Positions 20,555 to 29,259 of a stretch of DNA of 64,000 bases are shown one piece after another (positions within the stretch are counted from its first letter, which is position 1; each line of letters starts with the position of its first letter). Both the position numbers and the translations under genes were made by a program. The stretch is from Gammaproteobacteria bacterium (GTDB lineage: Bacteria > Pseudomonadota > Gammaproteobacteria > Pseudomonadales > Pseudohongiellaceae). The notes beneath the pieces are model-generated. The model ran no database searches. It was given only the letters and a program-made list of their open reading frames with translations, and was not told the origin of the DNA. The DNA lies in assembly GCA_030832825.1 (NCBI GenBank), contig JAURIJ010000009.1, positions 8,902 through 72,901 on the forward strand, written 5' to 3'.

Positions 20555-20896
20555 GTGAAAACCGGCCTTTTCCGCATCGCTTGCACTCTCGCCGCTGTCG
20601 TCTTCCTGATTGCAGGGAATTTCGCCGCCGAGTTCCTCCACCAGATTCGAACGAACGCACTGGAGCACCGTCTGGTCACGGACATCACCCAGTCGCTGCT
20701 GGGAAGCGCAGACCCGCCCCCAATCCTGGCACTGGCGAACGCCGGGCTCGACCTCCTGGTTCCCGATCTGGCGCCCTTGCAACGGTTTGGGGAGCTGATC
20801 GTGATGGACGCACCCTTCGGCACCGTCTTCGTTCCGCCACCGTTCAGCGGCGTAACAGGAAGCGCCAGCCTGCAGCTGCGCGCCAGCTTGGCCTAG
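20555..20896 (+). CDS. Hypothetical small membrane-anchored protein (GTG start)
   Basis: 113-aa ORF with GC3-biased codons and one N-terminal TM helix (LFRIACTLAAVVFLIAGNFAA). No clear Shine-Dalgarno and no recognised family. It could be a truncated remnant. Confidence 0.35.
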   Translation: MKTGLFRIACTLAAVVFLIAGNFAAEFLHQIRTNALEHRLVTDITQSLLGSADPPPILALANAGLDLLVPDLAPLQRFGELIVMDAPFGTVFVPPPFSGVTGSASLQLRASLA

Positions 20897-20998
20897 GTCA
20901 CGGCCGACGTGGCCGCGGACCTGGATTACCGGAAAGGCTCCTGTCACCTGCGCAGCTATGTTCTGACACCGGGGAGCGGGGTAATGTAGCAAGGCGGT

Positions 20999-21232
20999 TC
21001 AGCGCAGTACCACGACGCCGAGCAGAGCTGCCAGCAGCAGATCCTGATCCACCGTACGGCCTCCATGCGGTCCGGCTGGCAGCGTCAAGTCAAACCCCAG
21101 CAGCAGCAGCACCACCGCCATCAGGACCAGACTGCGACCCGCCAGCATGACGGTGAAGATAGCACCGCAAAGCACCATGGGCGGATAGCTCGATTCCAGA
21201 CCAAAGCGACTAAGGACTTCCCGCGCCAGCAA
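20999..21232 (-). CDS. Hypothetical small hydrophobic protein (possible gene remnant)
   Basis: 77-aa ORF with two hydrophobic segments, just downstream of the ATPase pseudogene. Weak support only. Confidence 0.3.
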   Translation of the reverse strand: MLAREVLSRFGLESSYPPMVLCGAIFTVMLAGRSLVLMAVVLLLLGFDLTLPAGPHGGRTVDQDLLLAALLGVVVLR

Positions 21233-21410
21233 CAGCCCGATACAGCGAAACTCGCGAGGACAGACAAGAGTGACTTCACGACGGACAACTCCCAGGCGTC
21301 ACGCACTCACCAGAAGCGGCAGGCGCGGCGCCACTATAGCGAGCGGGGTGTCGAATGCTTAGCGCGAGAGTGCAGAAGCTTGAACCGGTTCAACAAACGC
21401 AGCGTCGAGA

Positions 21411-23757
21411 CTACTCCGCGACCACGCGCAGCAGTTGCTTGTAGTCGCTCAGCCCCATGAAGATCTTGTTGATGCCGTCCTGCTTGAGGGTGCGCATGCC
21501 GTCTCGCGAAGCCTGTGTGCGCAGGGTATCGAGATCGGCCTTGTTGTAGATCAGGCTGCGCAGTTCATGCGTTCCCACCAGCAACTCATGGATGCCGGTG
21601 CGCCCCTTGTAGCCGGTGCCCCCGCATTCATCGCAGCCAACCGGGCGATACAGCTGCACGGTGGCGGCATCCACCCCGGGCTCGGGGAAGATGTCGCGGC
21701 CATAGCTGTTGATCAGGTGCTCGAGTTCCTGCGCGCTGGGCCGGTACGCTTCCTTGCAGCTCTTGCAGAATATGCGCATCAGACGCTGCGCCAGCACCCA
21801 GAGCAGGGCATCGGAGAAGTTGACCGGGTCGAGCCCGAGGTCCAGCAGACGCATGATGGTTTCCGGCGCAGAGTTGGTGTGCAGCGTCGAAAGCACCAGG
21901 TGTCACGTCAGTGAGGCCTCGATGCCGATCGAGGCCGTTTCGTGGTCACGCATCTCGCCGATGAGAATGACATCCGGGTCGGCACGCAGGAACGCGCGCA
22001 TGGCCGTGGCGAAGGTGAAGTTGATCTTGGGCAGCACCTGCACCTGTTGCAGCCCCGGCTGGGTGATCTCCACCGGATCCTCGGCTGTCCATATCTTGCG
22101 GTCGGGCGTGTTGATGAAGCCGAGCACGCCACGCAGCGTCGTGGTCTTGCCCGAACCGGTCGGACCGACCACCAGCAGCAGACCATGAGGATGCCCCGAC
22201 AGCTCGACGATCTTGTTGTAGTTGGGGACGGACAGGTTCAGCTTTTCCAGCGGCATGGCACTGCCGGCGGCGAGCAGGCGCAGCACCGCGCTTTCTCCAT
22301 TGACCGTCGGCACGGTGGCCACCCGCAGTTCCAGCTTCTTGCCACGCACCTTCAGCTTGCACTTGCCGTCCTGCGGCAGGCGACGCTCGGCTATGTTCAA
22401 GCGCGAGATCACCTTGATGCGGGCGATCAGGGCGGACGTGTGTTCCTTGGGCACCTTGAGCAGTTCGCGACAGATGCCATCCACGCGGATGCGCACAATG
22501 CCGGGCGCCTGATCCTTGCCAGGCTCGACATGGATGTCCGACGCGCCTAGAAGATGCGCCTCGGTGATCATGCGATTGACCAGCTGAATGATGGCCGAGG
22601 TGGCCGCGAGACTTTCCTCTTCCTGCTCCTCCTCGGACTCCACCTCGACATTGCCCTGCTCTTCCAGCCGCGAGAACACATCGTCGAAGCCCGCCTCAGC
22701 GTCGGTGCCTTCGTCATCGCGCAGGAACATCTGGATGTGCTCCGGCAGGCCGACGCGGAAGGCATAGTTGCGGGCATTGAGCACGCCTTGGATTTCCATG
22801 ATGCGCTGATAGTCGCTGGGGTCATCGATTAGGATGACGGCCTCTTCCTTGTTGCCCGCCACCGGCAGCCAGAGATTCTTGCGCAGATAACTGACGCCGA
22901 TGTTCTCGAACAACTCGGACGGCAGAACGTGCCTGGGCTGATACTTAATGTAAGGGACGCGATAGTAATACTTGAGCGAGGCGCCAATGGTGTCGGCGTC
23001 AATGCCGAAATCCTCCATCAGGATGCGCGACACCGATCCGCCGTAGAGGCCGACCTTGTTCTGCACATCCTCGAGTTCCTGACTGCTGATCTTGTTCTTC
23101 TGCACCAGAAAGTCATAGGGCCCGTGGGTGCTCTGCAATTCCGACCGGAACTGCTTGGCCAGCATCTGCGAGACCATCATCGCGTGCTTGAGGTCGGTCT
23201 TGGTGAAGTCGCGATCGCCGACGAAATTGATCAGTTGCAACACGCCGAGCAGGATGCCGTCCTTGATCGGCATCACGATCTGGGACTTCACGGCCAAGCC
23301 CTTGGCATCACTGAAACGCCGATCGAAGCGAAGCCTTGGGTGGATGTCCAGCAACTCCTGCTTGCTGATCCAGCACATTGCGAATCACCAGTGCACGCTG
23401 GCTCAGCGCCACGTATCCCACCAGGGACGTGGGGCTGAAAGGAACGCGGATTTCCGTGGTGTTGTTGTCGTCGGGGTCGCCCCCCTTGAAACTGGCATGC
23501 ACTTCCTTGCCGTTCTGCACACACTGATAGATGGTGAACAGACGCACGCCGAGCAGCTCCAGCAATGAGCTCTCGACCTCCTTCATGGCTTTCTTGAGAT
23601 GCTTGCTCTGCTTGAGCCGCTGATAGATCAGCGCCAGCCCGCGAACGAATTCGTCCTGCGGCTCGGGCTCTTTGACGTCAATGACTTCTGCTGTCTGATT
23701 CAAGTAAGCTTGCTCGCACTGTTCTGCACGGGCTGGCAACGCAGGTGGCACTGCCAC
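21411..23757 (-). pseudogene. GAF-domain GspE/PilB-family secretion/pilus ATPase, disrupted by one frameshift and one in-frame TGA
   Basis: Three ORF pieces: 23308..23757 (GAF N-terminal half), 21903..23378 (GAF C-terminal half, GspE N-domain, Walker A VVGPTGSGKTTT, IGEMRD) and 21411..21896 (STLHTN, tetra-Cys CKSC...CDECGGTGYKGR). The reading switches frame near 23358..23366 (..VIRNVLDQQ | KQELLDIHP..). TGA at 21903..21905 sits where the family motif is ASLT-G-HLVLSTLHTN. Confidence 0.85.
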
Positions 23758-23791
23758 ATTTATTTATGCATTCAACTTCAGGAAATATGCA

Positions 23792-24610
23792 GTGAAGAAA
23801 CGTCCCTTGTCCCTTGCGCTGTGGCTGCTCGTCCCCATGCTCTTCAGCGCGTGTTCGCGTCAGCCTCAGGATGAGCTGCCGGCTTTGACGGTCGAGCAGA
23901 CCGAGTGGATCGGGAAACGCATTTTCGCCAACGAGTGCAACCTGAAAACCGCGTGCTTAACCAGTTGGAACGCGGGCGAGGATTTCCCGTCACTGGGCAT
24001 TGGACATTTCATCTGGTACAGAGGAGACCAGCAGGACGTGTTCGTGGAAAGCTTTCCGGCTCTGCTCGACTTCTACGAGGCGCAGGGCGTTGCCATTCCC
24101 GAGTGGATTGCGAGTCTTCCCGGGCGCGATTCGCCCTGGCCGGACAAGGTCACCTTCCTGGCTGACCTCGAGAGCCCCCGCATGCAGATCCTGCGCGACT
24201 TCCTGAACGACACCCGCGCGATCCAGGTGCAGTTCATCATCGAGCGCATGCACGCCAGCCTGCCCGCTCTGCTGGAACACACCGCGCACAAGGAGGAAGT
24301 GGCTGCCCTTTTCCTGGAGATCGCGCGCAGTGAACCGCCGCTGGGCATGTACGCCCTGATCGACTACGTCAACTTCAAGGGGGAAGGCACCTCCGAAACC
24401 GAGCGCTACGCAGGTCAGGGCTGGGGTCTTCTGCAAGTGCTGGAGCAGGTGCTGCAAACGCGCAACGAGACGCCACTGATGGCGCAATTCTCCCGCTCGG
24501 CGAAGGTCATTCTGGCACGAAGAATCATGAACTCCCCGGGCGACCGTGGCGAGCAGCGCTGGCGCGAGGGATGGAACGCTCGAGTGGCCACCTACATGGA
24601 AGGCCTTTGA
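23792..24610 (+). CDS. Lipoprotein of unknown function
   Basis: 272-aa ORF with GTG start 7 nt after AGGAAA and lipobox LFSAC. Conserved-looking core FANECN...SWNAGEDFPSLGIGHFIWY...GQGWGLLQV. No family assigned with confidence. Confidence 0.8.
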   Translation: MKKRPLSLALWLLVPMLFSACSRQPQDELPALTVEQTEWIGKRIFANECNLKTACLTSWNAGEDFPSLGIGHFIWYRGDQQDVFVESFPALLDFYEAQGVAIPEWIASLPGRDSPWPDKVTFLADLESPRMQILRDFLNDTRAIQVQFIIERMHASLPALLEHTAHKEEVAALFLEIARSEPPLGMYALIDYVNFKGEGTSETERYAGQGWGLLQVLEQVLQTRNETPLMAQFSRSAKVILARRIMNSPGDRGEQRWREGWNARVATYMEGL

Positions 24611-24905
24611 GCAAGTTGATTCCGCCATCGCTCATTCCATGCAATTGAAGTAGCACCAATTAAAGGAACGCTCAATCCATATTCCGCCTCACCAAGTGAA
24701 TTGAGCCAGCACCGCGGCGCGCCCGACATCCTGATACCAGGTCGCGCTGACAGCGCCGATGCAACTTCCGCCGGCAGGCGGCATGCCATGACACCTGCAA
24801 GCGGATTGAACCACGATCCATTAACCAGTAACCTTGGCCGCTCTGATTCCGTCCGGCAGGCCGCACCCCGCGGTCACTGCCGGCCCTGCAGCGACACCCG
24901 ATCCT

Positions 24906-26009
24906 ATGAGCTACGAACGCCCCAACATCCAGCGCATGACCGGCTACAGTTCCGGTGAACAACCGAACCAGCCGGGCATCATCAAGCTGAACACCAACGA
25001 GAACCCCTACCCCGCGAGCGCGGCCGTGGTCGCCGCCCTGCAGGGTCTGCGCGTGGAAGACCTGCGCCGCTATCCTCAGCCGCTGGCCAACGAGTTCCGC
25101 CACGTGGCGGCGGAATGTCATCATCTGCAGGTGGAGAATTTCATCGCCACCAATGGCGGTGACGAGCTTCTGCGCCTGATCATCACCACCTTCGTCGAAC
25201 CGGGAGGCGCCATCGCCATCGCGGAGCCCAGCTACTCGCTGTATCCGGTGCTGGCCGAGATTCACGGCTGCGATGTGGTGCGCATCGACCTGCAGGACGA
25301 CTGGACGATGGGGGCCGACTTTGCCGAACGCCTGAACGCCAGCGGCGCCAGTCTGGCTTTCCTGGTGAATCCGCACGCTCCTTCCGGGCTGCTGACGCCG
25401 ACGGCCAGCCTGCGCGCCATCGCCAGCACCTTCAAGGGCGTGCTGGTGATCGATGAGGCCTATGTGGACTTCATCGATCCGACGCTGCGCCACGATGCCG
25501 TGAGCCTGGTGCGGGAGCTCGACAATGTCCTGATCCTGCGCACCATGAGTAAGGGCTACTCCCTGGCAGGGCTGCGTTTCGCCTATGGCATCGGAGCCGC
25601 CAGCCTGATCGCGCCCATGCTGTACAAGACCCGGGACAGCTACAACACCGACGTGATCTCCCAGGTGCTCGCCACGGCGGCTCTGCGCGACCGTGCCAGT
25701 GCCGCCCTGGGCTGGGAGAAGGTGCGTGTCGAGCGCGCCAGAGTGGCCGCAGCCCTGGCGGCACTGGGATTCTCCTGCGCCCCCAGCCAGAGCAACTTCC
25801 TGCTGGCGCGTGTGCCCAGTGGCGACTCCCGCTTCGTCAATACCGAGATCATGGCGCGCGAGTTCTACCAGCGACTGAAGGACAGCGGCATTCTGGTGCG
25901 CTATTTCGACCAGCCGAGACTGCGCGACAAACTGCGCATCACCATTGGCACCCACGACGAGAACACCCGCTTGCTGCAGCAGCTTGAGTCCTATGTCCGA
26001 CTGACCTGA
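24906..26009 (+). CDS. hisC: Histidinol-phosphate aminotransferase
   Basis: KLNTNENPYP motif and PLP lysine context LRTMSKGYSLAGLRFAY. Start set at ATG 24906 (MSYERPNIQRM); the longest ORF starts at 24834. Confidence 0.92.
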   Translation: MSYERPNIQRMTGYSSGEQPNQPGIIKLNTNENPYPASAAVVAALQGLRVEDLRRYPQPLANEFRHVAAECHHLQVENFIATNGGDELLRLIITTFVEPGGAIAIAEPSYSLYPVLAEIHGCDVVRIDLQDDWTMGADFAERLNASGASLAFLVNPHAPSGLLTPTASLRAIASTFKGVLVIDEAYVDFIDPTLRHDAVSLVRELDNVLILRTMSKGYSLAGLRFAYGIGAASLIAPMLYKTRDSYNTDVISQVLATAALRDRASAALGWEKVRVERARVAAALAALGFSCAPSQSNFLLARVPSGDSRFVNTEIMAREFYQRLKDSGILVRYFDQPRLRDKLRITIGTHDENTRLLQQLESYVRLT

Positions 26010-26023
26010 CGAGGTGCCACCCT

Positions 26024-26482
26024 ATGCCGGCCGATCTGCTCGGTGACTCGCCTGCCGCAGTGCCCGTGCGCCAGCCGCTCTGCCCCGCCTGCCGCAAACC
26101 ACTGCGCAGGATCGAAGGCCGGATGGGACCGTTCTGGGGATGCACGGGATACCCGGACTGCAAGACCACGCTGTTCGATCTGGACGGCAAGCCATCCAAG
26201 GTGCCGGATGAACGCTATCGCTGCCCGGTGTGCACACGACAACTGGTGAGGGCAGAGAATGCCCAAGGTGCCTACTGGTATTGCACGGGCTATGACAAGG
26301 CTTGCAAGACGCGGCTTGCGGACGATAATGGCATCCCGGCCAAGGCGTGGCGCTGCACATCCTGCGGGCAACTGCTCAAGCGCCGGCGCGGCAGGAACGG
26401 CTTTTTCTGGGGATGCAGTCATTATCCCGAGTGTCTGCACACCTGGCCGGACAAGGACGGTGCCCCCGTATTCACTCGTTGA
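26024..26482 (+). CDS. Topoisomerase-type C4 zinc-finger repeat protein (YrdD-like)
   Basis: 152-aa ORF with three repeats of CPxC...G.FWGC.GYP.C (CPACRK..FWGCTGYPDC; CPVCTR..YWYCTGYDKAC; CTSCGQ..FWGCSHYPEC). Confidence 0.8.
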   Translation: MPADLLGDSPAAVPVRQPLCPACRKPLRRIEGRMGPFWGCTGYPDCKTTLFDLDGKPSKVPDERYRCPVCTRQLVRAENAQGAYWYCTGYDKACKTRLADDNGIPAKAWRCTSCGQLLKRRRGRNGFFWGCSHYPECLHTWPDKDGAPVFTR

Positions 26483-26508
26483 AGGCAAACAGGCCATAAG
26501 CAGAGACC

Positions 26509-26775
26509 ATGAAATTTCCCCGCCTCAAAATGCGCAAGAGCACTCGATCCACTCTCAGCGGCCTGGCCATCGGCGCCGCATCGCTTTACGCGCTGGCCAC
26601 CGCCTATGCGGAAGCGCGCGACAATCTGCTGCGCTTCTTCATCAGTTGCATTGTGCTTGTCTTGCTGGTGATGGTGTTCGCGCTGATCGTGGTGGCGCTC
26701 GTCAATGCGGGGCGCTATGTGTGGCACCGATTCGTCAGCCGCGAGCTTCCAGAGGAAGAGCACACGAAAGAATGA
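26509..26775 (+). CDS. Small membrane protein, unknown function
   Basis: 88-aa ORF with two hydrophobic helices. Its 3' end overlaps rimI convergently by 41 nt. Confidence 0.5.
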   Translation: MKFPRLKMRKSTRSTLSGLAIGAASLYALATAYAEARDNLLRFFISCIVLVLLVMVFALIVVALVNAGRYVWHRFVSRELPEEEHTKE

Positions 26776-27235
26776 GCGCATCCTCGCGCTGCATGTCGCC
26801 GGGCTCCAGAGGGTAGTACTGGCGACGCTCCCCCACCTGCACGAAGCCCATGGCAAGATACAACGCCCTGGCCTCTGCATTGGAAGGACGCACTTCCAGA
26901 AAGCACACCCGCGCCGCCTTGCGGTAGCCTTTGTCCAGCAGCTGCCGGAGCATGCGGCGGCCATAGCCCTGTCGCCGGAAATCCGGATGCACGCACAGCG
27001 TGAGCACATGGGCCTCTTCCGCGCCAACGGACAGCACACCATGGGCCACGATGCGGTCACGCGTGGCCAGCACCCAGCACTCGTATCCGGCACGCAGGCA
27101 ATCGGCAAAGATGCGTTTGGACCACGGACTCTTGAGCGACAGGGTTTCGCTCTCCACGACCAGATCGAGGTCACTCGGGCGCATGGCGCGCAGGAAAACA
27201 TTCACGGAGTCGGAACGGGTGGGTTGAGGCAGCAA
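26735..27235 (-). CDS. rimI: Ribosomal-protein-alanine N-acetyltransferase
   Basis: GNAT motif VHPDFRRQGYGRRMLRQLL...LEVRPSNAEARALYLAMGF. It lies immediately downstream of a psi-like gene, as in holD-rimI. Alternative start ATG 27184. Confidence 0.85.
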   Translation of the reverse strand: MLPQPTRSDSVNVFLRAMRPSDLDLVVESETLSLKSPWSKRIFADCLRAGYECWVLATRDRIVAHGVLSVGAEEAHVLTLCVHPDFRRQGYGRRMLRQLLDKGYRKAARVCFLEVRPSNAEARALYLAMGFVQVGERRQYYPLEPGDMQREDALILSCALPLEARG

Positions 27236-27239
27236 GTCG

Positions 27240-28049
27240 TCACACCTGGGGGCGCTGGTCGCGCGGCGCGGCTTCGACGAGTGCCTGCTTCAGAGGCTGA
27301 AGGGCCTCCCACGCGGAGCGCTTGAGCTCGCGCACCGCTTCCATGGCATGCAGGCTGTGGGTGACGAGCACCTGCACGGGGAAATGCGGGTGTGTCTGCA
27401 ACCCGTCCGTTTGCGGTTGGCTCGCCGCGGGAAACAGAAACTCTGCAGACTGCTCGGCAAGAATCAGCAGAAGCGGCACGGCGCGCAACTTCAGGCGGCG
27501 GGACACGAAGCCTTCGAGCATGTGTCGGGCTGTCTGCGCATCCTGCGGCATCTCGCCGGCATCGGCCAGCGGCCAGCTGAACACCATCGCCGCCAGCCTG
27601 TCCGCGTCGCAGGGAGCACCAATCGCCTTGAGCATGTCAGCCAGCAACTGCCTGCAGGAAGGCGTCAACACAGCCGAACGCGCCCAGGGCAGCTCGCAGA
27701 TCACGGCCAGACGCTCGTTGACGGGCACGTAAGCGAACGCGAAATGGACGGCATCGGCTGCTGTCGGAGTCGGGGAGGCCACCGGCCTGGCGGGCGGCAC
27801 TCGCGCCGGGGGTGGCGACTGGGGTGGCGACGCGAGCATGACAGTTGTCGGCGTCAAGTCAGACGGCTCGACGCCCGACGGGTGCAGTCGCTCAGCGGCG
27901 CCCATCATGGGCCGCGGAGCCGGAGTCTCCGGCCGGCCCGACTGCCTGATCGGCGAGGGCCTGGCGCCAGGCACGGCGATACGCGGAACATAGGTCTGGA
28001 TACCCATTTCCTGCAGAATGACGTGTCGCTGACCTGGCGCAAGTCGCAT
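27240..28049 (-). CDS. holD: DNA polymerase III psi subunit-like protein with a proline-rich insert
   Basis: Start at ATG 28049, because the longest ORF would overlap the AraC gene. N-terminus QRHVILQEMGIQTYVPR resembles E. coli psi RRDWQLQQLGITQWSLRRP. The position upstream of rimI matches holD-rimI synteny. A roughly 90-aa P/A/S-rich linker separates the N-terminal peptide from the C-terminal domain. Confidence 0.55.
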   Translation of the reverse strand: MRLAPGQRHVILQEMGIQTYVPRIAVPGARPSPIRQSGRPETPAPRPMMGAAERLHPSGVEPSDLTPTTVMLASPPQSPPPARVPPARPVASPTPTAADAVHFAFAYVPVNERLAVICELPWARSAVLTPSCRQLLADMLKAIGAPCDADRLAAMVFSWPLADAGEMPQDAQTARHMLEGFVSRRLKLRAVPLLLILAEQSAEFLFPAASQPQTDGLQTHPHFPVQVLVTHSLHAMEAVRELKRSAWEALQPLKQALVEAAPRDQRPQV

Positions 28050-28101
28050 GCTCGACCCTGTGCGTTGGTGGATGTGCGCGAAGTATAGCCGAGGCGACGC
28101 C

Positions 28102-29148
28102 TCAGGCCAGCGCTCTGCTGCGATAGATGGATGGCGTGACGCCGTGCAATTCCTTGAATGCCTTGTTGAAGGACGACAAGGAGGCATAGCCCACGTCGAG
28201 GGCAATGGTCGAGATCGGCACCTGGCTTTCCTCCGCGCTTTGCAGCCGGCGGGCCGCCTCGGCGATGCGGTACTGGTTCAGGTACTGATTGAAATTGCGG
28301 TAGTGCAGCTTCTGGTTGATCAGCTTGCGCAGGCGGTATTCCTGCATCGATACCCGCGCGGCGAGTTCTCCAATGGTCAAGCCGGGCTGGGCATACAGCC
28401 GCTCGTCCTCCATCAGGGCGTGGATGCGGTCGATCAGGGGACGATCCTTGTCGCGCTCGCTCACCCGACTCTTGAGCGAGGGCAGCGCAGTTTCCACCAC
28501 GGGCTCGATCAGTTGTGGCGAATCCTTGTGCAGGCGGAAGGTGGCCAGATTGAAGAAGAGAATGAATAGGAAGATGGCCCCGATATACACGCTGAAAAGC
28601 CACTGCCCCGGCAACGGCAGAAAGCCAGACCCCACGATGATGGCGACGATGGACCCCATGGTGATGGCAAAGGGGACACGCAGGCGCCGGCGCGGCTCGA
28701 CCAGATCGCTGCCCAGACCCAGCACCGCCATGTAGACCACATGACAGGCAAAGCCCAGCATGGCCAGCTGCGGGAGCACAAACATCAACAGATAGGGCAG
28801 GCCTTCGTCATCACCGACCACCATCCCGACGGCACGCAACGCGATATAGGTGCCGATTATCGCCCAGATCCGAGCGTCCACCTTGGGTTCGTCCACGAAG
28901 AGATAGCGGGTGATCACCCACAGCAGGGCGGGCGACGTGATGGCGAGAATGCCGAAGGCGATGTCCAGTGCGCGCGGGCCGCTGTCAAATTCCGGCAGCA
29001 CCGCCAGGATGAAGCCCATGAGGCAGATGGCATACAGGGCCATCAACTTGCCGAGCATCTGATGACGATAATAGGCCAGGTAGAACAGCGCCATGAACAG
29101 CAGCTGCGAAAGCGCAAGAAAGCTTGTTGCGTGCTGTAGCAGTTGCAT
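28102..29148 (-). CDS. AraC-family transcriptional regulator with N-terminal multi-TM domain
   Basis: 348-aa ORF with about six hydrophobic helices, then the AraC HTH region (IGELAARVSMQEYRLRKL...ISTIALDVGYASLSSFNKAFKELHGVTPSIYR). Confidence 0.87.
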   Translation of the reverse strand: MQLLQHATSFLALSQLLFMALFYLAYYRHQMLGKLMALYAICLMGFILAVLPEFDSGPRALDIAFGILAITSPALLWVITRYLFVDEPKVDARIWAIIGTYIALRAVGMVVGDDEGLPYLLMFVLPQLAMLGFACHVVYMAVLGLGSDLVEPRRRLRVPFAITMGSIVAIIVGSGFLPLPGQWLFSVYIGAIFLFILFFNLATFRLHKDSPQLIEPVVETALPSLKSRVSERDKDRPLIDRIHALMEDERLYAQPGLTIGELAARVSMQEYRLRKLINQKLHYRNFNQYLNQYRIAEAARRLQSAEESQVPISTIALDVGYASLSSFNKAFKELHGVTPSIYRSRALA

Positions 29149-29259
29149 GATCCTGTCGCTGCAGTGACTCCGTCAAGAACTCAGGCCGGCGAAGATAGTG
29201 GAGCCGCCAGGGCATTGCAAGCCAGGCGCTCGCGCTGACGCACGCGAGCCGAGCGCGGC

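Noticed and set aside
20999-21232. The 77-aa hydrophobic ORF as a remnant of a prepilin (A24/TadV-type) peptidase, because of ..GGRTVDQDLLLAALLG.. versus the GGGDxKLLAALG motif.
   Set aside because: The similarity is a short, degenerate stretch in a low-complexity hydrophobic sequence. It cannot be supported without a profile search.
21903-21905. In-frame TGA in the GspE-type ATPase as selenocysteine or programmed read-through/recoding.
   Set aside because: The codon replaces a structural Gly, not a redox Cys. No SECIS-like hairpin follows immediately. The same gene also carries a frameshift. A nonsense mutation or a sequencing error is the simpler explanation.
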